From positions 2,666,001 to 2,730,000 of the forward strand of contig NC_089435.1 in assembly GCF_026210795.1 (NCBI RefSeq): 64,000 nt of DNA, written 5' to 3'. The position numbers and the translations under genes are program-made. A model generated the notes under the pieces. That model was not told the DNA's origin, did no database searches, and worked only from the letters and a program-made list of their open reading frames with translations. Shown piece by piece: positions 52,417 through 64,000 of this stretch. Every line of letters starts with the position of its first letter. Position 1 is the stretch's first letter. Source of the DNA: Rhizophagus irregularis (taxonomy: Eukaryota).

Positions 52417-55238
52417 TTAAATTACATTACATGAATCGGTTAGATTCTTTTCCCTAAGTTTTTCTAATTTATTTTGAGCATCTTGACATCCTTGCTTAGC
52501 TGATTTTTTGTACCAATAAATTGCTTTATTTATATCTTTAACAGTTCCTAATCCATTCTCATACATCATAGCAAGATTATATTGAGCTGTACTATTTTCC
52601 AAATCTGCTGATCTTTGATAAAATTCAAATGCTTTTTTTATATTAATATCAATTCCAATTCCATTTTGATAAAAATATCCTAAACTATTCATTCCATCCA
52701 CATTTCCTAAATCTACTGCTTTTTGAAATAATTCAAATGCTTTTTTCTTATCAATATCAGTTCCAATTCCATTTTGATAACAATATCCTAAATTAAATAT
52801 TCCAATTGCATTTTCTAAATCTGCTGCCTTTTGATATAACTCTAATGCTTTTTTCTTATCAACATCAGTTCCAATTCCATGTTGATAACAATATCCTAAA
52901 CTATTTATTCCATATGAATTTCCTAAATCTGCTGCCTTTTGATATAATTCAAATGCTTTTTTCTTATCAATATCAGTTCCAATTCCATATTGATAACATT
53001 GTCCTAAACTACTCATTCCATCTAAATTTTCTAAATCTGCTGCCTTTTGATATAATTCAAATGCTTTATTCTCATTAATATCAGTTCCAATTCCATTTTC
53101 ATAACAATATCCTAAATGATCTATTCCAGATGAATTTTCTAAACCTGTTGCCTTTTGAAATAATTCAAATGCTTTTTTCTTATCAATATCGGTTCCAATT
53201 CCATTTTGATAGCAATGTCCTAAACCAATCATTCCATATGAATTTTCTAAATCTACTGCCTTTTGAAATAATTCAAATGCTTTTTTCTTATCAATATCAG
53301 TTTCAATTCCTTTTATATAATAATATCCCAAAATACATATTCCAAATGCACTTCCTAAATCTGCAGTTTTTTGATAAAGTTCAAATGCTTTTTTCTTATC
53401 AATATCGGTTCCAATTCCATATAGATAACAATATCCTAAACCATTTATTCCTAATAAATTTCCTAAATCTGCTGCCTTTTGTAATAACTCAAATGCTTTT
53501 TTCTTATCAATATCAGTTCCAATTCCTTTTATATAATAATATCCCAAAATACATATTCCAAATGCATTTCCTAAGTCTGCAGCCTTTTGATTTAATTGAA
53601 ATGCTTTTTGCTTATTAATACTCATTCCAACTCCTAAAAAATTAAGTTGACCAAGTAAGACAAGAGAATTTGAGCTATTTTGATTATTTAATAATAAATT
53701 ATTATATTCTTGTAAAGTTATATTATGGCTATTAAGACAAGTTAGTAATTTTTGTTTTCCTTCTTCAATACTATCATAATCAAGAAGATTAATCATATCA
53801 TTGACTATCATATCAAAGCTATTCTCAAATTGGTTACTTAATGATATTGAAGATTCTATTTTTTTTGTATTCATCATATTGAAGTCTTGAATAAGTTTAG
53901 ATAAATCTCCATGTAATGAATCAATATTTTCAGAAATTTTAATTGGCTGTTGATTGTTTGATGATTGAATATTCTTGTTATTATCATGTAAGTGAAGATC
54001 TTTTATAATTATATTTTCTTTTGTCATTTTTGCCTTTAATTCATTGACCACTTGATTGATAGTTGGACGGTTATCAGGTTCAATATTCCAACAATCTACA
54101 AAAAAATGTCTTAATTAATCATAAATTGTAGGTTTGAATTGTAAGTTTGCCAGTATTTACCAGTATAAATTTTTATATATTCTTCAGGTGTATCAGGAAT
54201 AGGTTTCTCTCTAAGGCCTTGAAAAATTGCCATAGCCAATCCAAGATCATTTAATTCATCACCAAAAGGTGGTCTGCCACTGGATATTTCCCATAAGAGT
54301 ACGCCAATACTGTAAACATCACTCTTTTTGTTTAATGAGTATACTTTTATTTGGTTTTCACTATTTACTTTTCTATTGAATATTTTTGGATCAATATAAG
54401 GAATTAATCCAAATGTTTTTGATTGAGGGTTGGATATTTCCTCAATTCTTTTTGATAAACCAAAATCTGCTAACTTAATAGTCTTCTGATGGACTAACAC
54501 GTTATTGGAGTGCTATTAATATTAATTAAGGTTATAATAAAGTAAACATTAAAATAAAACACATAATAAATTGTAAAATATTTACTAAATCACGGTGCAT
54601 GATCCCTTCATCGTGTAAACATAATACTGCATAAGCCAGTTGGAATGCAAGATCAAGTTTATCTTCCCAAGTAAGATTTTCAAAATTTTCTTTTAAATAT
54701 TTTCGGAGAGTACCATTTTCAGCATATTCTATCACCAATGAATACACTTTTTTTTGAGTTTCTTTTTTAAAAAGAAAATTTTACGAATTAGATAATTAAT
54801 TATTATATATTATAAAATAAAATAATATTAGAACTTATCAATTATCATACCTCTAGAAATTGTGACACCATAGAAACGAATAACATTATCATGAAAATCA
54901 ACTTCACGTTGAAGTTGAATCTAGTAATAAATAAAATATTACATTAATAAAAAACTTAGATATTTATAATTAATTAATGAGATATGGTTAATAATTACCT
55001 CACGAATAATTGCTTTAACTGTAGCATCATTGATATTAAAAAAAGATTTTATTGCGTAACGCTTATGTGAATTCTTCCAATTTGCACGACTAACTTTTCC
55101 AAAGCCACCGAAACCAATTTCTTGAATATCATAAAATAGGTCAAATTCATAATATTTAATAAGTTTTTTAGAAATGGCTTCTTCAATCCATTTATTTAAA
55201 TCATTTGAATTGTTAACAAGTTCAGCGTTATTAGACAT
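52417..55238 (-). CDS. TKL-like kinase with 11 Sel1-like repeats; exons 55238-54999, 54920-54851, 54761-54586, 54512-54161, 54095-52417
   Basis: GFGGFGKV, AIK, HRDLHSNN, DFG, DVYSIG; 36-aa repeats LG.CY..GIGTDIDKKKAFELYQKAADL. Confidence 0.93.
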
Positions 55239-58200
55239 CGTCGGGTACAGAAAAATTCTTACTGCGGAATTTAAATTTATGTTTTTTCAAAAATTAAAGT
55301 ATTTTTTTTTTTTTAACAAGAAAAACGGAAAACCATCGTAAAATCCAGAGCATAAATAGTTATGTTTATTTATATTGTGCAAATAAGTGTTGTGCTTTAT
55401 TTATGTTGATCAAATATGCAAGAATGTTTCAATGTTTCATGTGTGCGAAAAGACGGATTTCGTACTCCAAAATGATCAATATCGCACAAATAATCAGTGA
55501 TCACATGATATTTGACCAATCAATTAGCGTGCGCCTTCATTTTGCCGGGTTACATATAATATTATGGATGTGACAATTAATGACGACAATTAAAGTTTTT
55601 ACATAAAAAAAAATTTCAAGTCCACAGAATAATAGGATGTGACACTTCGTGAAAAATTACTAACCCTAATCTCCTTAATCTCCTTAAATCCTAATCCCCT
55701 TACCCTGAACCAAACTCTAGTTCTAACCTTAATCTAAAGAACCGGCAAAATGAATCCGGCTAATTAATGTTTAATACATAGTGTTTTTTAGATAAACCAA
55801 TATTTTTTAAAAATACTTTTAATTACCTATTAAATAAAATTTATTTTACATATAAGCATAATACTTTAACTTATAACGTACCCAATCCTCCTATCTTCCA
55901 TTTTTATTAAGATCCAATTTTTCCCAAAATTTCCAAAATTTTTATTACGCAAGTTTGTTTAATGAAACTTCCTCCTTCTCGTTAAACAAATTGTAACGTC
56001 TTAAAGTTAGATGTGAAAAATACTGATATATTTATATTTTTAACAAAGTTTCACAAACTCAAGTATTGGACATGTCTTTTTTTGTGAACCAAATTTGTTA
56101 GTATACTCGGTACACAGTATGTACAATATTATATAGGGTCATGCGATAAAACACCATAAAAATATTCTTAGTATATGTGTTTTATTACAGGAAACCATAA
56201 ATCATATCCATCATCTAAACACATATGTAAACATAAGAAAACTATATCATATATAAAGAAATTGGTAATATCTTATGGTGGATAAGTATTGTATAATAGA
56301 CGGAAAGGGAAGATACACACAATGCATAATACAAGATTTTGAAAAAGAAACAATTTTTATAGATAATGATGAATAAATAAAGTATTCCAAGTATTATATA
56401 TATCATATTATAAATAAAAAAATTCTGATTAATAAATTTCTTACTTGCCAAATTTATTCATTTTTTTTGTTGGCCATAATTTGTTAAAGTCAATAAAAAG
56501 AAAATCCGTTGAAAAATTGGTAATTAATAAAACACTTGTGCTTTACTGTGGGCGGGAGCCGGGAGGTTCCTATTATTAATGGGTATAATAGAAGACAAAG
56601 AATTATAAGAAGACATTTTCGATCTTAGTTGTTTCTTTTTTTAAGAATGTATTTTCGTTTGTATAACGCACATTAAAGAGGAAAAAAAAACAACGTGTAT
56701 ATTTAAAGAAGAGAAAAAAAGATACAAAAAAAAACGATGCATTTATAACATTTTTAAATATTTAGCATTGCACAAACTACGTATAGATTTTATTACTAGT
56801 ATATAAACGATTATTAAAAATTTTTGTAAAAGAAATAATCTATTGGCGTTTTAGTATTTTGACAACGTGAATGGATGCGTTAAAATTGGCGCATTGTTTA
56901 ATTGTTTTTTTGTTTTTGCGCCTATAATTTTATTATTATCTAAACTATTAAAAATTTTTGTAAAAGAAATAATCTAACTCTGTTAGCGTTTTAGTATTTT
57001 GAAACAGAAGACGTGAATGGACATGTTAAAATCGGGGCATTTCTTAATCTTACTGCATATTCCGAATGATTCAATTAATTCCTCAAAATTTGATTTGTTT
57101 TTAAAAGTTCATTTTCAAATTCCAAAAGTTGTGTATATTGATCCAAAAATTCTAAGTCTAAATCATATAAAATTATCATCTATATTTTCTGATTTTAAAT
57201 TGCGATAGTCTGTTGATTTATGTTCCAAGATTTCCATGAATTATTTCGTCAAAATCAATTTTCCACTTATTTCATCTTTACTATTTTTATAAAATTCTAA
57301 ACTGAAACTTCTCCTTGTAATTTGGATAGCCGTCTTTTACATGTACGAGTTACTTACTTAGGCTTGAATCAACAGCTCCTAAGTGTTCATTGCGAATGTA
57401 TTTCGTGAATTCCAGTAAAGCTACAAGAAAACGCTTTTCCAAATTGCAAGAAACTTCAGTTGTTAAGGCAATACGGTGACTAATATTACGACCAAAAGAA
57501 AACTATAACTACAAAATCTAAAATGCATATTCAAAAATTCTTCATTGGCATGTTCATATTCATCTAAAATTTTCTCTATCTATATTCTAAAACTAATCCA
57601 TAAAAATAAATTCTAAAAATAAATATTAAAGATATATCTCTTAATTCTAAAATTTTCACCATCATTACCATCATATTTTTGTTTTGGCTTGGTTAAAATA
57701 TGTCCCTATTTATGTGACCAAAAATTTTCTAAGTCCAAAAATTCCTGACCAACTTTGGTCAATTAATATTTTAAATTTCCATTTCAAATCTTCAAGATCT
57801 GAACTTTTTAACGTCTGACCTCTTTCATCATATATACTGAAACCTAAATTTTCACTTTTCATATCAGATTTCCATAGACATTAATTTCAGAAATTTCCCC
57901 CCCTATATCAGCTTCAAAATTTTAATCACCATATCACTTCAAATTTCATCAACATATATCAACTTCAAAATTTCATCTACATCTTGATCTCAAAAATCTC
58001 ATCGCAAAAATTTTCTAAGTTCATAAATCTGGTCGACATTCCTATACTATTTTGATCGTCTACCCATATTAAAATTTTTGAAATTCTTCGCTCGGATTTT
58101 AACTGCGGATCCCCAAGTCCAAAAATTTCAAAAAATAATTCATTTTTTTGATTCTAACTAATATTTTTGACTCTCATAAATTCAAATGAAATTATGTGAT

Positions 58201-61200
58201 ATATAAATTCTAATACTATTAATTTACATATCGAACGTGTATTAGAATACTTAATAAAGAGGAGGATTTTTTCAGTAATGAATTAAATTATTGTCTATTT
58301 AACAAGAATTTATTTCATAATTTACGAACACCAAGATCATTTCAACTTGGCGCTAATGTTACTAATAAATTGTGAAACGTTATTTTAACGTTTAATCTGA
58401 TTTTTTTTTGAAAATTGTAGTTGATTCATCTTGTAGCACTTGTTGAACTAACAATAGGATTATTCAAGGTAGAATACAACTTCAATTTATCTAGATCCAA
58501 TGTCGCAGAATCCAGGATGAACTTTGTGAATAATGATGGTACTTGGCAGCTTTTTATAGATAATAAAAAATCCATTTAATTTAATATAAATCATGCGATA
58601 CCGTAAAAAATTCAAATTTGATAAATCATTTAGATAATTTCGCAAATAAAACATTACCAGGGCCCGAACAAATATATAACGTAATGCCGCCTGGCATTAT
58701 CCAAAGAAGAAAGGATCTTCACATCAGATGTTGTTCATAAATTAAGTTGTTAAATTCTGTTTCTTTGATTTGATTGATTAATTCTAGATCATCTTCAGTC
58801 TTAGCGTAAAACAATCCATAATTTTATTATCAAACAATCAACTTTAAAAGATTTGCATTAAAGTAAATTTGATCCCATTAATAAATATTTAATATTACGT
58901 TTATTATTAGAAACCTTGATATTACTTTCTCATGCGGTAAAATTTTAGTACCCATCTATATATACACATATTTATTGCCAATGTTGTAAATTCGGAATCA
59001 AATACATTATTATCGAATTTGATCAAGTCCAAATGCAATGTTATAATATTATCAGTTATCCTCATAAGTTCATGCAGATTTTACATAATTGTTATTTAGA
59101 TCGGTTATCTCATATTACTATGTATTAGCATAATAATAAAATTATTGGATAGCAACGGGATTTTATTATAAAAATGGCATGATCGGTCCCGTCAATTAAA
59201 CTATATAATAGTCTAATAACGGCACGTAGTGCCGCATTAGATATCCAAGAATATATAATTATAATTCTGATTTTTCAATAGCCTTTCCAATATTTCTATT
59301 ATGCGTAATATAATAACATTAATATCTCAATTAAACCATAACCCTAATTCTCTCATAAATTACAATATAGTAGCTCAATAAAGGTGTGTTATATATAGTA
59401 ACAGATAGTAGCGATATATTATAAAACCTTTATTTCCCCTAATAGTTTTAAGTTTTCTGGTATAAATAATCTTTTTTTACTTATTATTCAATCAAATTAT
59501 ATCGTGTACTAACATCTTCGGATCGAGGGCGCTGATCTGTTTGATCAGTGATTCTTATATAATACATCTTCCAGACCAAAATTTTAAAAATTTTAGCAGA
59601 AGAAAAATAATTTTATGTATATACAAGAGTTCGTAAACACTTTTTATCAAGATATTTTCAGATTTTTGGCGAGAAACTTTCGTGGAATATGAGACGAGAC
59701 ATAGACATACTTTTCGAGACAGTGTTGAACGGTGTTTAAACAAACGACGACAAGCAAAAAGATTTTTGACAATATAGCTTGTGAAATAAACATACCGTCG
59801 GAGATAATAATGTTATTACTAGAGAGTAGTGTTGAAGTCGCTCATAAAATATATATGGATAATATAAAACGTATAGTATAGGTAAAGAGATATAGCAAAT
59901 CAGGAAGTATGATCAAATCTAAAGAACGAATTAAAATCGCAATTTATCAACAAGCCGGTGAAACATCTTAAATACACCAAAGCCCTTACGGAGCCAGACA
60001 CGAATGATTACAACTTCCTAGTCCCGTACTTCACATCTCGTACCCCACGTGAAGATTTGATCTACCGAACTGAAGAAACTTCTAGTAGTATCATAACATC
60101 ATCTGATGACGTTACGTCGTTACGTCCCCCAAACAACTAATTTATACAGTAAAACCCTTTAATCCTACACCTAACATGTTTATACCCCTAAAATATCGTG
60201 TATTATACCACAACAACCGATATACTCCGATGAAGGTGTGAATGGTTTACTTATATGTATCAACTTGAGAAACAACTGTCCCGAGATCGGAAAAACGTAA
60301 AATTGAACAAGAACACTTGGAAATTTACCACAAGGAACGTATTGCAAAATAACTAACTGAGAAAGCTGAAGCAGCTTTCCATGGATCAAGTGTGAAGAGA
60401 CTCTATAGTCGCACTAATCAGAAGAGATTTATAAATAGTGCAACTGACACCTTCCATACGACTATGGTTAAATTCAACAAGCGTGCATCAAAATGCAAAG
60501 ACGATAATCAATACGAAAAATTGAATAAAGAAATGAAGCAATTTATCAGGAAATTTCCTAACACTTTTGAATCCCTTAACTCATACAAACGAATGGCTTT
60601 ACCCAAAAACGCATCATTAGAAACCTCTAATGACACGAAAGAAATAGAGGCAAGACCCAACAAGCGAGACTTTGCTCGCAATACTAACCTACACCCATCC
60701 CACATCACAGGATCTCCCAAACGTACTCGTCCTCCAGATTTTATCGATGACTCCTTGGAAGCGGGACCTTCGAAATTTTAGATTTTATATATATTAATAT
60801 ATTAGGAGTCAATTTACCCCTTAACAAGTAGTTAAGACTGCATCTTTATAACTAAATTTTTTTTACAATCCAAACAATTTAGAATATTGTGAATAATTCC
60901 ACCATTGACAGTATTTACAGGTGGCGACCTTTTGGTCGAAAACAAAATACGGATCATTAATTTTATATTTTGATTGTTTTTCTAGCCTTTTCTTTCTAGA
61001 TAGTTTATATATTTACAAATCCCAAGGCTGTCTCTTATCGGTCGGGATATTAAGGGATGGTGGACTTTTATAGGGTATAAGTGAGGGTTCGTCCTTGGAG
61101 GATGAGCGACAATTTGTGTCATTATTCTTTTGACTTTTTTATTGTTTACTCTCCTGCTTTTACATAAAATAAATAAATAACGAATGATAGAGCAGTTAAA

Positions 61201-63666
61201 TCACACCATACGCCGAACAAAGAAAGATAATAATAGTCTAGACGAAAAAAGGGAAAATCCACGAAATCAACTAATAAGAGAAATAAATTGGCCGGTCACG
61301 TAGAAAAAAAATAAAAATAATTTTGGTTGATGATCAAAGAAAAGGAGGAAGATGAGATCATCAAAGAACTAACCAAACTAGGAAAGGTTTACCGCGTACA
61401 AACAAAGAAGAAAGCAAATATTTTATTTTAAGAGGAAATAAGATATGTCAGACAGTCAGTATGAAATCGGCGAGTATAAAAAGGATGAATTTGATTTCAT
61501 AATGAAAATAAAGCGGGTTGATAACATAGCCTTCGTCAAAGTTCTTAAAATACCAAAAAATTGGAAGGTATTAATTTATTTAAAGAACGAAAATTCAATG
61601 ATGAAAAAGATAGAATATGATTTAAAGAAAGGAATCTTATGGAGTTTTCGACAATGCAAGGAACCTATCAAAACTAACGGAGGTAAAGGTAAGGTTAAGA
61701 AAGTCAAGGAAACAATAAAGCTAGATAACGCTCTATTGGAACGAAAAGAAGATAAAGATACAACTACGTTGCCGGATTCGAATTCGATGGATATCGCGAC
61801 TACAGCACGGAGCTGCCGGAAAGACACTAATGAGGAAATGGTTTATAGCCAATAATTCTTATAATAATATGACTAATAATTTGACACTAAATTATATAAT
61901 TATTTTGTCAATCTGAAACTATATGTTCGAAGGAACAATTATCAGAAGAGTTTGTGATCGACACGATTAATCAAATTCAGACAAGGAATAGAAAGTCATG
62001 AAATAAGAAGGTAATGAGAAATTACACAAAGACAACGATTCTACGGAATAGATCGTGAAAATTATAAACAATCAAAGGGAACAATTCCGGTATGAACGTT
62101 ATGTTGCGCCTCCAACAGTCATGACGAAGAAGCAAGCATTGGAAGAGATCGTGTCGCCAAAAGTAAATGAATTGAAGAAGATATTTGAAGAATGTTGAGA
62201 AGAAATGGAATGGAAAGCTATGGAAACGAATGTGTATGAAGAGGTGAGTAATAACCGTGAAACTAAATGGCTAAAATCTCTTGATTGGAACTTGAAACTT
62301 AAAGAAAAACTCATTAGTTTAGCGGAATCACATGATGTGATACAACAATTTACGACGTTGAATAATGAGTTTACAAAAGGAGAATAGGGAAATCGATGAA
62401 AAAAAAATAAATGATAAAAGAGCGACTAAAAGTGTAATGGATAAGCTATATAAAAAGCGATTGGGAGCGGAAGAGCGTAAGTAATTTAGATTAGATTAAC
62501 GTAATCCTAGTTGAAGCATGTGTTTCACGTTAAATTTTTCCAACATAAATAAAATAGGTTTAGTAATGTATTAATAGAGTTTTATTTTAGGATTGGTTTA
62601 TTTAATATACGAACATACACGATATTTAATGGTACTACAACTTCATCGTATGGGATGAAGGTTTTGGTGTTGAGGGAGGTGTTAGGCTTTAGTTTAATTC
62701 CAAACTCGGGATGTACTATTTTATACGTTTGTATGTTCTTTATCATATAAATAATAGAGTATTTCGTTTTACCAGAAAAAAAAAAAAATACTAAATTTAT
62801 AATTGCATTGTTTATACTGTATAAAACCAACAAAATGATATTAAAGTTATATTTTACCCAATTAAATTTATGTTTATGATGAATTTTTCTGTTATACAAA
62901 AAATTGACAGTCCTGTATCTTAGTGAAATGTACTGCTAAGTTCTATAATTGCCATTGACACAAAATTTATTGATGTACATAAATTTATCCGAAACTATAA
63001 AAAGCTTAATATTTTTATTTTTATTTTTATTTACTAAAAGGAATTCTACGTTTTGAAATAACATAAGTTATAAGTAACAGTGAACAAATAATCCCTTCGT
63101 TCTCAAATAATGATACTACTAACTTTAATAAATGGCGAATAGTTAGCAATAAATCCAGGTGTAACCAATGTACTATCATGTATTATCATATACTTTATCA
63201 ACATTTTCATATTGACAAGACTGACAAAAACCAGATCATTATGACAAAACATAAAGTTTTATGAGTATTTATTTACGATTTTGAATAAATATGACTCAAG
63301 AGAGATAAAAAAATAAGTATCTGAGCAAGATATTTAAAATTTGTATATAAATTTGAGTCTGTTCTTTGTCACATTAACAAGTTCAAGTTATTTGTAATTA
63401 AAATCATATCAAACTTTTGTCAGTCTGATTCATGTACATATTTAGAGATTATATTGATTTGTGTATGTTTAATAAATGACTTAACTTTGGTCAGTCTAAC
63501 TCATTTTTAATATTTCATGTGTTAAATTTTTTTCACTTTGATGTCTCAATGTGTCAGTCCAAGTCATACTACCTACAAAGGATTTTTTTTATTTAAGATC
63601 CCTCACCATATTGATTTTACCAATATTGGTTTTACCTTCTCTAATGGAACATTGGAACTTAAATTG

Positions 63667-63748
63667 AATAACCTGTTTCTTATATTTCTGTTATATATAT
63701 AGAATTTGAATAACCTGTTTCTTATATTTCTGTTATATATATATAGAA
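63667..63748. repeat. Short tandem duplication (~41 bp x2)
   Basis: GAATAACCTGTTTCTTATATTTCTGTTATATATATAGAAT repeated. Confidence 0.8.
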
Positions 63749-64000
63749 TAGTAAATTTAGTCTTGTGAGACTATATATTTTTAACTTATATTAATAACTA
63801 ACAAAATCTTACCTTTCCAACCCTGGGCTAGCCATTTTTTGCATGAATTAAAGAAAAGGTGCGTTTTTTATTTTGCAATGGGTGGGTAACCCCTAAGTTG
63901 ATCATTGGTTTGGCTCTGGGGAATTACTGGATTTGACAACCTTGGTAACCACCCCAAGTTTCTCGGTTCAGGTGCCCTAACTTTGTCATTGATATAAGTC

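Noticed and set aside
52806..53618. Plus-strand repeat ORFs
   Set aside because: Antisense shadows of the Sel1 repeats
55660..55740. Interstitial telomeric repeats
   Set aside because: Only degenerate CCCTAA-like words, no true tandem array
59550..62500. Non-LTR retrotransposon relics (ORFs 60392..60781, 61445..61855)
   Set aside because: Plausibly decayed coding DNA with an A-rich end near 61170, but no diagnostic domain is visible, so not called

Overview
Very AT-rich eukaryotic DNA with short GT-AG introns, tandem TKL-like kinases, a kinase-Sel1 gene and Crinkler-type genes. This content is typical of an arbuscular mycorrhizal fungus (Glomeromycota, Rhizophagus-like); the taxonomy is inferred. 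Positions 1 to ~16540 are a visibly more GC-rich, gene-dense element whose left end lies outside the window. On + it carries a Gag-like CCHC protein, a retropepsin and a small zinc-finger ORF, each linked to the next by a -1 frame overlap at an A-rich slippery site; the protease is split by a hAT MITE. No reverse transcriptase or integrase is visible. On - it carries a decayed ~1500-codon gene fusing a protein-primed-type family B DNA polymerase, an SF1 helicase and an HNH-like nuclease, plus an XRE-like HTH, a 2-TM protein, two paralogous coiled-coil proteins and Crinkler-related cargo. The rest is host-like: an Rpb10 homolog with a long SPxY-repeat tail, a KDZ transposase relic, a TPR gene, four tandem kinase copies, a kinase-Sel1 gene, and many MITEs and Helitron-like inserts. 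All calls are by eye, without database searches.
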